Below are positions 13,776 to 28,414 of a stretch of DNA of 64,000 bases, one piece after another (position 1 is the stretch's first letter; every line of letters starts with the position of its first letter). The stretch lies in the NCBI RefSeq assembly GCF_009914755.1, contig NC_060932.1. One strand, written 5' to 3'. Under the pieces are notes generated by a model. The model was not told the origin of the DNA and made no database searches. It worked only from the letters and a program-made list of their open reading frames with translations. The translations under genes were made by a program, and so were the position numbers. This DNA is from the human T2T-CHM13v2.0 reference genome, Homo sapiens.

Positions 13776-16700
13776 CACACTTACCTGAGCAAAAGGTATA
13801 TTCAACCCTTTTTTCCTACTATCACAATCTAAATGTTCTGAGTATATCATGATTTTTTAACCCTAGTGTCCTTGCATGTCTATGTGTCCTGACAATGAGT
13901 AAAAAACAATATAGGAAAAACAGTTTAGAAACGGGTAACATGATGACTCAGAATGTGAAGTCCTGCTAAAGAAATGTCTTAAGATTTTCTATATCGTTCG
14001 TCAGCAGAATGAAGCAGTAATTCCAAAATCTGGCAGAAAACACAATCTGAGGGAAAAATCAAAAGTAATATGGCCCCTCTTAATCCAGGGATTAGACTGG
14101 ACCCAGAAATTAAAGATATACAACGTCTACAGAGCTCTCGCAAAACAAAAATGAAAACTGCCAGACTACGAATTTGGTCAGCTGATTTCTCAAACTAGAG
14201 GTATTCTCATGGAAGGCAATGGCTGTAAACAAGCCACACCATGAATACAGTCAAAAGTAAATAGTATAGGAGAACAAGAAAAGGCACACAAACAAAAACA
14301 AAGAAAAAAAGAGTTTTTAACTGAGAAGAAAGCAAATGGCAAACAGTAGAGGGGTAAAGAAAGAACAAAAGCAGAGATAGAACCACAGGGAAGGGAAGCA
14401 ATAGATTCTGAAGGTGTTGACATAACGGAGAACAAAGGCAACAGGAGAGAGAACTATCATCAGCAATAAGACAGGTCCTGTGGACTGTTGTGATGGTGGA
14501 AGGTTGGGGGAGCATCCATTCTGAGAAAGGGCATCCCAATTCCTACTCACTGCCATAGTCTCTGAGGGGGTCACTCTATTTCTAGTAATGCTCCACTAAA
14601 GATAAGCCGTATGGTAGAGCACAGCAGTCTGTGGGGGCATTTAAAGTCAAGCCTTAACATTAAGGCAAGAGAACAGAGCTGTGTTTCATAAAATCAGCCT
14701 ATGAAATGGTTTCTACATTTTCCATAGAAAAGCAAAGGACAGAAGCACAAGAACCTTGTTTGTGAATATTAAAAATCATGTGCTTTTTAAAAAGCATTAG
14801 AAAAAAACATTGGTAAGATTACTGCTTAATCACATTATAATACAGATGCAAAAACAAAAAATGGTTTGCAAAACTTTTGCAGATTCTGGATCAAATCAAT
14901 TTTTAAACTGTATGCAATACACAAGCAGCCTATATTATTATACCTGTAAAAGGTTTTTTCACAATGAATATATCAGAGGTAACATTTATTTCTTAGGCCT
15001 AAATGAAAAGTATTTATGAGCAAAGGAAGTTGGGATAAGCTGTATGTATTTTCTGATAGGTGAAATATTCCAAAGTCTGAGGTGAGCCAGTTTATAGCTA
15101 GATCTGGTATGTATAAAAAAACCATAAAGAGAAAAACTATGATGCTAAATAATTGTTTTTTAGCTATTAAAAATAAACCATTCATGGATAAAGTCTATCT
15201 CCTGCATAGTTTAGTAATATTCATTATGAAATTGGTCTAATTTAACAACACATAAAAAATTCTATCCTAGCAAATGCTAGAGGATCAGTTATTCCCAGAT
15301 TGAAGGGCCCAATATTCTTCTCCTATATTCTAATAATACAAGATTCCTAATACAAAAGTAGATAATTAGAAAATTTTATCACCTTAAAGTCTGTAATAAA
15401 ATCTTATTCTCTTCTCTGTTGGTTAATAAACCAGAAGCTATAAAGAACTAAACATACAAAAATTTTTTTCTTTAGTTCCTGTACTTGTAATAACAGGTTA
15501 TGCAGAAAAATAGGCCTAAGGACAGGAAAATGACTGTCTGCTGGGTAAGTACAGAACTCCCCAGATTGATGCCTGACACTATTTTCACTACTGTCTTGAC
15601 TACCACTGAGTTGGGTAATGGACCAAAGTTTGAACATAACGATATGAAAATAAACTCAGATATTCAAAAAACATTTAATGGGAAAGTGAAATGTACCACT
15701 TAAGAATAATACAACATTATAAGAGATCAAATATATAACTTTCGGTGTTTTCACTATAAGCAAAAACTTGCAATACTGAGGTTTTGTATAAAATTTGATA
15801 TTGGATTTATGTTTTTAGAAGTATCTGGCGATGACAAGATTGTGATGACACAGTACTAACAAAATTTATGCTAAATCTCCTCTGAAATAGCATAAATTCT
15901 TAAAACAGAGAGGTAATTTCAAATGAGTAACATGTCCCTCTGTAACAAACAGTGGATAGGAAGATAAATTAGAACTGGATGTGGTCATATAAAGTACATT
16001 ATAAAAGCAGAAACAGTAGGTAAAATGTTAAATCATGCCTGAATAGATTCTCAAAATGACAGTGAAGATGATTTTTCTGGAAGGCAAGAAAATCATTGAC
16101 AAGAAAGCTAGCCCGGTAGCAGAAGGGCTATTACATAGCTCTGCAGTAGTACATGCAGGCTGAAAGGTGGAGAGGTTAAGTATGCATGCTTATTACACAA
16201 GCCTAGTTGTGGGAATGAGCAAGTTATTTAATCTTTTTCTGTCTCAGTTTCCTCATTGTAAATTGAGGACAAGAATACCCATCTCATGAGGCTACTGAAA
16301 GGATTAAATGTAAAGCGTTTTGCAAGTGCCTCATCTGTGGCAAGCCTTCATGTTTGTTATACAGTAGGTATGAGATAATCTTTCTTCAGTCTTCACAAAA
16401 AAATAGGCAAATGACTCTCCTCTTAAAAAAAAACAAAACACAAAAAACAACAGCAAGTAGACATTAAGAATTCAAGGAAAAAGTTCCATGGAGTACTTCC
16501 AGGGTCAGTGGCCACTGAACATTCTAGTTCTACCTGTACTTAGAGCAAAAAGTTTTATCTGAAGCAAAGTAAAATAATGGATCAGCATGAGTTTCCAGAC
16601 TATCAAGGAAAGATTTGTACAAATTATGTTTTTGAAAGTTTCCATCACAAGTAGGGGGTGGGAGGAAGAAAAAGAAAAAACATTATTGTAAAATGTTTCA

Positions 16701-17314
16701 CTTTTGGGGGCATTTATCTAGAAAAAGCTAAACTTCAAGTAACAATAGGAGACATTGTTCTATGTGCTGGACATTTTAAAATTGGAAATATTCTGTAGTA
16801 AATAAAGCATACCATGGGTTTTCTTTTAGAAAACAAACTAAAAATGGGGAATATGTGGTGATGTGTATAATATATAAATTCTGAAGTCCTTTCCAAAAAA
16901 GTTTATAATGGGAATTGCCAATAAAACCTTTCATTTCATCCATAATGCAGTCTATATTGTGGACCCAGAAAAATAAACTACACAACATTTTCAAATAGGG
17001 ATAATAAGGGGAATAAGTTTTCTACGAGAAAATAAAACATTTGTATTCTTTTCCATCGAGGTTACCATTTCCTTAATGCCCATTAGTATCTATTGTAACT
17101 TAAATTTTCATACTGTTTATCATCTTCTTATATTCTATGATCCAAAAAGCAAAATTATAGGTACTTCATCATCTAAATCACAGCATATCACAATATAATT
17201 TTATATTACTTTAGAAAAATGATTTTGGCAATAATATTTTTCTTTTTACCAACACCTAAATGCTAAAGAACTGAAATAGTAATCATCTGAAAAGGGAATA
17301 AAATGAATACCTTA

Positions 17315-17431
<117 letters not shown>

Positions 17432-17929
17432 TCAGTTTGAAAATAATTCAGTAGAAGAATACACTTAACAAGTTCTAAAACATACTTCTGAAATCAACTG
17501 CTTTCCTAATAACAGAATGCTTCAGGTGAACAATTCTTTTGATATCAGTGACATGAACAAGGCCAAATGTGCAAATGAACTTTACTAAGTAGTATACAAC
17601 ACATGGTTATAAGTCACAAACTATGTTTGTAAAGATCACACAAAGTAGGGGCACTGTGAATTTATATCACAAAATTATAGATATTAGATATAATTTCCCT
17701 TAATGTTTAAAGAAATGCAGCACTAATCTCAGTTCCAATGATACCTTCTGAGGATGATCCCAACTCCAAAAATTTAGACTTCCCTTGTCATTTAATCTCT
17801 AGTCCCCTATTTACAAAGGTCAGTTGAAAATTCTACCTGTATTTTCTAACACCCTTTTATTGAAAAGAATCATTCATCTTTTCCCTTGAAACTGGTTCCA
17901 CATGTTGGAGAGGAGAATAACAATATTCC

Positions 17930-19400
17930 CAGTCTTCAAATTCTTAACTTCAGAATCACCTTTGATATCCTTCCCCTCTTCCACTATCAATATTCAACTA
18001 GTCACTAAATTTTTCTTCTGATCTGTTTTTCATATCACCTGTTCATTTCCATTCCTACCTAGTTCTGGCCCTCATAATCTCAGTCCTAGATTACTGAAAC
18101 CATTTCATGAGTGATTTCCCTGCCATTAATTATTTCCCTCTTCAATCTCTCTTTCATCCCCCTGCCAGATTATTTCCTAAATCGTCTCCTTCATTCTGCT
18201 TACTGTTACTTACAAGATAAAATATAAACTCTTTACCCTAGCATTTAAAGCACTTCCCTTCAACAGTCTAGCCAAAATGTGCCATCCCTCAACTATCTAA
18301 AACTTACCTACCAAGACTCAATTTGGGTTCTCAATGAAAAGTTCCTCTCCATTGTTCTCATCTGCCTTTGAACTAAGCATTTACTTAGCTAAGTACTACT
18401 CAAATCAGAATTACGTTCATACAGTTGCATATAAATTATTTCAGGTGTGTTAATGTTGCCTTCACAACCAGATAAAGTTTCCTAAGGTTAGGAATCAAGT
18501 AATATTCATTTTTGTACTTTCCTACCTTACTCAAAATTAAGTCCAAAGCAGGTGCTCTACAAACACTTGACCTGAGTGACCAAACACTCAATAAATGCCC
18601 TTCTGAATGCAAACATAACAGATGATATCATTTAAACCTGCTGAACTCAAATTCTATTCTAGGAACTGAATGATGTGAAAAAGATGTAACCCCTGTCCTC
18701 ACAGAGTTAATAATTTACACCAGGAGAGACAGATATGTTTATAATGAACTTCAATGCAATGTAATGACTACTTCATGGCTGAAATGAACTAACTACATAG
18801 AATAAAAGTTTGCTAAATAGAACTAATTTCAATAGGGACAAGAACAGGGTGTTAGCTCATAGAAAGGCTTCACATATGATGAAATATTAATTCAACCTGG
18901 ACCTAGAAGGGTAACTATGTAGAAAAGGAAGGAGAAAGAAAAGCAATTGAGACAGAGGGGCAGCTATATAAAGTAATGGAAACATACAACTGTACATCAT
19001 GTTTTCACATACTTGGTAGTATAGCCATAATGAAGGATTGGCAGACACCAGGAAGAAGGGAAAAGAACAGCAGTAGGAGATAAAGCTGAAAAGACAGACT
19101 AGAAAAAAGAATGTGAAGAGCCTTGACCCTTAGGTTTAATGTACTACTTTCGAAAACAGGGATCCGTTAGGTCTTTTAGAAGATTGATATGATCTAATCT
19201 ATTTTCCAAAAGACAACACTGATAATATCTGGAGAACATACTGAAATAGGAAAAAATATTGAAATCAGAGAGATAAACTAAAAGTCTACTGCTATAATAC
19301 AAGTGAACAAGAATGAAAGCCTGAAGTAAGTGACACAGTATTGGGGTGGTAGGGAAATAGTGTCAAGGCAAACTTGACACGCACAGCATGTTACAGGAAT
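17930..19400. mobile_element. Degenerate L2 fragments
   Basis: L2-like tracts (ctagattactg, ccctgtcctcacagagtt, agaaaggcttc, aaaagacaacactg). Confidence 0.55.
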
Positions 19401-19517
19401 TTTACAAAGAAAAACCTATGAGAAAAAAACAATGCCAATCATAAGATAACTTCCTTTGTGTATCAACAGGATATCCTTTCCACAGAGGAAATATATATAT
19501 GTTCTGTGGGGAAAAAA

Positions 19518-19531
19518 TATGTGTATGTGTG

Positions 19532-19562
<31 letters not shown>

Positions 19563-19588
19563 ATATATATACACACACACACACGTGT
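19518..19588. repeat. (TG)/(TA)/(CA) compound microsatellite
   Basis: Direct reading. Confidence 0.95.
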
Positions 19589-20006
19589 CAAAATATGTCC
19601 TTTATATTTAAATATAATTTAAAATCATTAATAATAAAATATTTAAAGGAATCAAAGAATATAAAAAATGTCTTGGAATCCAAAGAACCCATTTCACAAA
19701 TATGTGAAATCCCTTAATGAGAGTTCCAGTTTTGTCAAACAAATTTACTCAAAAGCACACAACACAAGAGAATAGGGGTGTTAGCTCAAGAAAGGCTTCA
19801 CGTATGATGAAATACTAATTCAACCTAGACCTAGAAGGATGGTTATGTAGAAAAGAAAGCAGAAAGAAAAGCAATCACAATAGAGAGGGCATATTTAGGT
19901 TAAATAAGATTTTTTAAACTATGTGTCATGAATACTCTCTGAACATTTATGTGACAAAGCCATTGAATTTTTAAATGTTAAGGTATCTCTTGAAAGACCA
20001 GCATGC

Positions 20007-20285
20007 AGTCCAGGTGCCATGGCTCGTGCCTCTAGTCCTAGCATTTTGGGAGGCCGAGGTGAGAGGATCACCTGAAGCCCGGAGTTTGAAACCAGCCCGG
20101 GCAACATACTGAAATAGGAAAAAAACATAGTGAAAGCCTGGGACAGGCTTTTACTTTAGTAACTTTAATTTAAAAAAAAGTTGAGCCCAAGAGTTCAAGA
20201 CTGCAGTGACCTATGACCATGCCACTGCACTCCAGCCTCAACAACAGAGTGAGACCTTGTCTTTAAAAAAATAGAAAAAAAAGAA
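20007..20285 (+). mobile_element. Rearranged AluJ (left arm plus partial right arm)
   Basis: Alu arms separated by non-Alu sequence. Confidence 0.75.
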
Positions 20286-20474
20286 TGCATATAATTCAAA
20301 TCTAATAATTATCTACTATGTATTCTTAATAACTGAAAGTTTCGTATTTCCAAAAAGTGAAAGTACAGACTTTTTTTCTATCAGTCAGAAAGTATGATAA
20401 ATATATACTCAACCCGGTCAACTTGGTTACATGGAATACTCACGGCAGAGATACCATTAATAAAAGAGGATATG

Positions 20475-20804
<330 letters not shown>

Positions 20805-20810
20805 TTAGTT

Positions 20811-20872
<62 letters not shown>

Positions 20873-22719
20873 CCACTGTATATGCAGACTAAACTGGCTT
20901 GACTGTACCACATCTTCTTCTAGCTTAAATTCTGATGACAACATTCTGCTCCAGAAAGCATCTGCTGTCTGACCTTGGTAGGCACAGGGGGACAAGGGTA
21001 GCCATTTGCCACATGGGTTGGCTGGTTATCCAACGGGACGGCCCAACGGGAGGGCTCTGCCCAACAGGGGCCAAGTCCACAGACTAGCTCCTTCTAGGAT
21101 GTGGATTCAAAATGGAGCATGGAGTCAGGACTGAGCAGAGAATGGTGCAGACCAAAAAGAGAAGTACATAACAGAGAAAACCTAAATAAGGCATAAAATA
21201 AGTGTTACTGGTCTTGAGAATGGTCTGGAAGCCTGAACTGTTTTTCATTTCTAGGCCTCAATGTGTGTATCTTTCTGTAAATTCCCTTTTTCTGAAGGGA
21301 GAAGACAGTTCATCTCATATCCTTGCAACCTAAGTAGCACAGTACATGAATTAATTTTAATTCATTTTCAAGTATACCAGTAAATATTATCAGCAAGTAT
21401 CATTATTTCTCGTTTGACTAAAACTTCTAGAAGATATCCCACTGGTGTTTTATTTTTAGTGTAACCTAATTCTGTAGTCCTACTTGCCAAAACTCAGGCC
21501 CAGCAATTAACACCTGTCATTATTTTGGCATTCCCACACTCTCTAGGCCTTTTCAAAGTTACTGAGCCAATCAGTGCACATTCACTTCCCTTGCCTGAAA
21601 ATAGTTTTCATCTGCATCTCATGTTACCCCATGGAGTAATTACAGTTCTAATGTATAAAGTTGGGCTTCTAATCATTGTGCAGGTGCTCAGGTAGTTCTA
21701 AATCTTACTGCTAGATCACCAAGGTATCAAGTCTACACCTGCACCTCCCAGACCTTACAATACTATAGCATCTATGCTATCATGGAGGGACAGACTGCAT
21801 TGCTAGCTGCTTCAGTTGATTACCACTGGGAATTAGTTTTCCCCAGTCCAACTTGAAGCCATATCATGGTCCTGGTTTTTAATTCTTTTCCTATGGATCC
21901 TTTATAAAGTTTGAAATTCTTTTGGGGTTTCTAAGAATTTTCACTGCTAGCAGCAACAGAGGAATCACTAAAAGATAGAAGATTCCTGCTCTAAGTAATG
22001 CGTCCAGATTGGTTGGAGGTGGGGGGTTGGGGAGGGATGGACAGAGAATATCTAGAAACTTCGAATATACCAGCCATTATGCTAAGTCCAGTCATATATA
22101 TTCTTATTTAATCCTAACAATCCTATGATTAGATATTACTTTGTTTGCAAAAGCAGAAATTGAATCTCGGCGAACTAAAGTAACTTACACATAATAAGGA
22201 AAAAATACAGAAGAATTCAAACCCAGAAATACTTAAGGTCAAAGTCTAATAAGCTCTGTTTCTTCCCTGGTGGAACTCCTTCCATTTATGACTAAAAAAT
22301 GTATTGCTTTTCATTCTTCTCTACCCATTTTTGCTAATGTTTTCTTTTGTTCTACTGGTTTAAATGTGGAAGTTCCTGGTCATATTGAGCGCATGGGGAG
22401 CCATGGGGAGAGGTTTCATACTGGCAGAAAGGCTGGTTAGGCCTGCTCATTGCTTTAACAATTAAATGTGAATGCTTTCTCCAGTTGCCCCAACTATTAC
22501 CTGATACCAGCTTTCACACATTCAAGTTACCTGCTTATTTTTAAAAGCAAGTAATTTAAAAACTCTACACACTGTATCCTTCTCCAACAACCAGAGAGAA
22601 GCCTGAAACTAAGGGTCATTTAATGTTGCAAACCAGACCAGGCAAAAAAGATTTAGTTCCTTAGTCATCTTGCTTTTTCTCATAAGGTTAGACAAAAGGC
22701 ATTTTATCTTCTCCTTCTA

Positions 22720-23046
<327 letters not shown>

Positions 23047-23188
23047 CTATAGATTATTTTAAAAAGCTAAACGTACTTATTCGAAATGTACTAATTTTCT
23101 CCCCTAACATTTAGGCATGTCAATGATGGACTATTTAGCATTAGCTCATTTTATAAACCAAATTGCAAAGTTGAAAATAAAGTGCTTA

Positions 23189-23350
<162 letters not shown>

Positions 23351-23448
23351 CTATAAAAAAGAGAAAAGTATGTTTACACAGTTCTAAATAGAGCAGACTG
23401 ATTAATTCCCCACCAACAAACTCTGTTTACTTGTTCAGTAAGATTTTG

Positions 23449-23762
<314 letters not shown>

Positions 23763-24579
23763 CTCCTTTCCCTTTCTTTTGCCTATTAAACCTCCACTCC
23801 TAAACTCGTAAGTTCAGTAACTTGTAAGTTTAGTAAGTTTTACTTGTCATGAATTACATATAATTCCACAAGTTTTTTATTTTCATTCATTTTAAGATGA
23901 TGCATGAAGCAGAAACGACATACATTTCTAAAATCCAAAGGCAGTGGTGGTGTCAAATTGAGATTTTTAGTGATAACCAATGAATTCACACAGTAAAAAA
24001 AAAAAATTCATTAAGCACTTTTGTTTTGATTACTAGATTAGCAAAAACATGATTTATACATTTGCTCATTTTCTCCACAGCTACGCTATACTTTTTGCAA
24101 GCCATTAGCATTTATAATTAAATGTTGAATGAATTTTTCTTTTTTTAAAAGTTCCTCAAAGCATATAAATTACTAGAAAGGACTTCTTTCATGAAAATTA
24201 TGTATTCAATATTTACATGTCTTAAAGATAACCTGTTCTTAGGCTTAAGTTATGAAATCATATAAAATATATACAACCTTGTATATAAACTATGATTCAA
24301 CAAGATATTTTATTCGTTTAAACAAGATGTTCAAATTAACATAGGAATTCAAAGTCTTGAAAACTTTCTGTATAGTCTTCAATAGAGAAAAAAAACTGTA
24401 ACCAAAGTTATAATGATAAACTTAGACAGATCAGTATAGAACTACCCCTTCTATAACAGCTTCTCAGAAGCTTAAACATTAAGATTCATTTAAATTCCAT
24501 CATAAACTTGAAATTAGTTTTTAATGTCACACATAAACAATTATTGTAATTTAAACTATTGTAATGGCATAGGTAATTA

Positions 24580-24747
<168 letters not shown>

Positions 24748-27696
24748 CTACAAAAATTAAAAATTGTATTTTAATTAAAGATTATGATAACACATTAAAA
24801 TTTCTCAAATCTTTTAGACAATACAAGTTCTGAAAAAAAGAAATGAAATTCTTGGCAGTTATCTAGAAAGCTTTCTTAAACAAAGGGGGAAAACTATATA
24901 ATGCTGCCTGGGCTTGAATAAATGGGAGAGCAAAATAATACATTCAATAGAGGACCTTAGGCATATTTTAAGAACTGTACCTATAAATTATTCACATCAA
25001 TTTAAAAATGGAAATAATCAATATTCATAAAAATATTAGTTTTACCCGACTTCAGAACTCCTCTCTCTTTGTAAGCTTTGTCTCTTGCAATATTTCACAC
25101 TATTTCCAGTAAGATCCTGTTAATCATTTTCCTACTTGCAACAAACAACATTATTATCTTTTCTTTAAGCCCATTCCCTGAACATCATTTAGCCTAATTT
25201 TTAAAAAATAGTTAAATATTTTACATTGAGACATCAGTGATATTTCTGGTTTCCAGTTGGACAATATTTAAAAAGTAGTTAAATAAAATACTTCCTCATT
25301 ATACACTGTGGAAGACAACAAATACTTACTGAAATTTTACTATCAAAACTTTGAATCCTGAATGAAGTTACAATATAAAGCAAAAAAGACGCTACTTTTT
25401 GGCCACTGAAAATTCTAATAAAATACATAACCTTGAAATGTCTCATGTGAAAGTATTCAACTGCTTTTAAGTGGTCATCATAAAGAAAAACTATATAGCC
25501 ATATAGCCATAAAGATGAAAAATGTTTCTATCAGTGCGCTATAGAAATTACAATCGAATTTCTAAAAGATCTATAAAGCATTTAGCATTACTAAGGAAAA
25601 CAATTACCCAGAGCTTTGTTTCTAAACTTCAGAAAGTTGAGAAGTAAACATTTATAATCTCTAAACAAAAAAAACATAAGTCATAGAACCTAGGTTCTAG
25701 TCTCAGCTCCGCCACTTATTTAATCTCTCTGAACCTCACTTTTCTTCATCTATTATATTTGAACTGCCACTACAGAGAGAAGCTGAGAGAAACATAAGTG
25801 CCGTACTTCTAAACTACAAAGTACCATATGACAGCAATAACTTACACATTCTGTGGAGAAACAGTGTATCTATTTGGAAGCCTGTGTTATATTTTATACA
25901 AGAAGAGATACAAACGGTTCTTAAGGCAGTGAAAAAAAAAATGTTTAACTCCTTTAGGAATCAAAGACAATGATTCCTCCTATCAAATTACAACTAAATA
26001 ATATCCAGGCAATAGTTAAACTGTGCACTCATAACTGTACGAACCTTTGTGGAACACCGTTTGGCAATACATTAAAAAATTCTTAAAAATGGATAATATG
26101 CAGGAACAAGAGGGCCAAAAAGAGAGCTCCACCAATCATCCCCCATGCAGGAACACCAAATTTAACAACTATCTACACACAAAAAAAACACCTTCATAAG
26201 AACCGAGAAACAGGTGAGCACTCACAGTAGCTGGTTTTAACTTGATATCACTGAAAGGGACATTGAAGGGGTAGGAAAGACAGTCTTAAATCCCAACGCC
26301 ATCCCTCCCCCGTCTCCCATCAGCGGCCCTATGCTGCAGAGAGAAAATCTGTGTACTTGGGAGAGGGACAGTGCAGCAACTGTGAGACTTTACATTGAAC
26401 TCAGTGCCATCCTGTCACAGTAGAAAGCAAAACTGAGCTGAACTGAGCTGATGCCCACCCACAGAGGAAGCATTCAGACGAGCCACAGCCAGACAGGCAT
26501 CACCCATCCTAGCAGTAGGAACCTGAGTTCCAGCAAGCCACACCAGCATGGACTAAAATGTTCTGGGGCCCTAAATAAACCTGAAAGTCAGTCTAGGCCA
26601 CAAGGACTGCAACTCCTAGGCAAGGCCTAGCTGTGCTGGGCTTGGAGGCAGTGGACGTGGAGGATACACAACCTACTGAGACACCAGCTAGAGTGGCTAA
26701 GGGAGTGCTGGCATCACCCCTCCCCCAAGCATAGCTTGTAGCTCCAAAACAGACTCCCTTCTCATACTTAAGGAAAGGAGAGGGAAGAATAAAGAGGACT
26801 TTGTCTTGCATCTCTAAAACCAGCTCAGCCACAGCAGGACAGGGCACCAGGCAGAGGTGTGAGGCCTCCTTTCCAGGCCCTAGCTCTGATTTCTAGACAC
26901 ATCCTAGGCCAGAAGGGAACCCACTGCCTTGAAGGGAATGGCCCAGTCCTCACAGGATCCCTTATTTGCTGACTAAAGAGCCCCTGGGCCCTGAATAGCC
27001 AGAGTGATATCCAGATAGTACACTGTGGGACTCGGGTGAGACTCAGTACATTCCCAGCTGTGGTGGCTATGGGGAGGGACTCCTTCTTCTTGCAGAGGAA
27101 AAAGTAAAGGGATTTTGTCTTGCACTTTAGGTACCAGCTTGGCCACAGAAGGGTAGAGCAACAAGTGGGCTCTTGGAGACCTTATTCCAGGCCTTGGCTC
27201 TGGGATGGCATTTCTGTACCTGCCCTGGGCCAGAGGGAAGCCCACTGCCCTGAAGGGTGAGTCCCGGCCTGGCAGCATTCAAGACAAGCTCATGAGAGAG
27301 CCCTTGGCCCTTGTGAACATCAGCAGTAGCTTGGCAGTACTCTCCGTGGGCCTGTGGTGGTGATGGCCACGGGCTAAGGCTCTTCTGCCTGTGAAAAGGG
27401 GAGGGAAGAGTGGGAAGCACTGTGTCTTGTAGTTTGAGTGCCAGCTCAGCTGCAGTAGAATTGAACACCAGGTAGATTCCTAAGGTTTCTGACTCATGTC
27501 CCTGGCTCCAAGATAGTATCTCTGGACCTGCCTGGAACCTGGGGGGTAATCCAGAGAATTCTTCTGAATGTTATTGAAGACCACTAAGGTGATACCTCTA
27601 TGAGTCTGCAAGAACTACAGAGTCTGCAAGTAACCCACCGTTACTGGACTTGGGGTGTCCCCTAAAGCAGATACGGCATGGATCACAATACTCAAG

Positions 27697-28056
27697 TATA
27701 TTAGTCCATTCTCAAGCTGCTAATAAAGACATACCCAACACTGTGTAATTTATAAAGAAAAACAGGCTTAATGGACTCAGTTCCATGTGGCTGAGAGGCC
27801 TCACAATCATAGTGGAAGGCAAGGAGGAGCAAAATCATGTCTTACAACACAGCAGCAGGCAAGAGAGAGCTTGTGTGGGGGAACTCCCCTTTATAAAACC
27901 ATCGGCTCTCATGAGACTCATTCACTATCACAAGAACAGCACGGGAAAAGACCTGCCCCCATGATTCAATTACCTCCCACTGGGTCTCTCTCATGACACA
28001 TGGGAATTATGGGAGCTACAATTCAAGACTGGTAAGGATATAGCCAAACCGTATCA
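27697..28056 (-). mobile_element. THE1-family MaLR solo LTR inserted in the L1 5' region
   Basis: tattagtccattct...ccaaaccgtatca ends; 5-bp TSD TCAAG at 27692-27696 and 28057-28061. Confidence 0.9.
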
Positions 28057-28414
28057 TCAAGTCCTTTTGAATACCTAGAAAGCCTTCCCAAGAAGGATGG
28101 GTACAAACAAGCCCAGACTGAGAAGACTACAATAAACACCTAATTACTCAAAGCCCAGACATCAATGAACATCTGTAAGTATCAAGACTATCCAGGAAAA
28201 CACGACCTCACCAAACGAACTAAATACCAGGGACCAATCCTGGAGAAAGAGATATATGTGACCTTTCTGACAGAGAATTCAAAAGAGCTGTTTTGAGGAA
28301 ACTCAAATAAATTCAAGGTAACACAGAAGAAATTCAGAATTCCATCAGATAAATTTTTAAAAGGATTAAAATAATAAAAAAAAATCAAACAAAATTCCAC
28401 AGTTGAAAAATGCA

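Noticed and set aside
14190-14574. Three overlapping minus-strand ORFs (83-110 aa)
   Set aside because: Explained by the stop-poor pyrimidine-rich composition; no recognisable protein similarity.
26600-27480. Repeated ~320-bp GC-richer units resembling a novel promoter array
   Set aside because: Consistent with the internally repeated 5'UTR of old L1 families.
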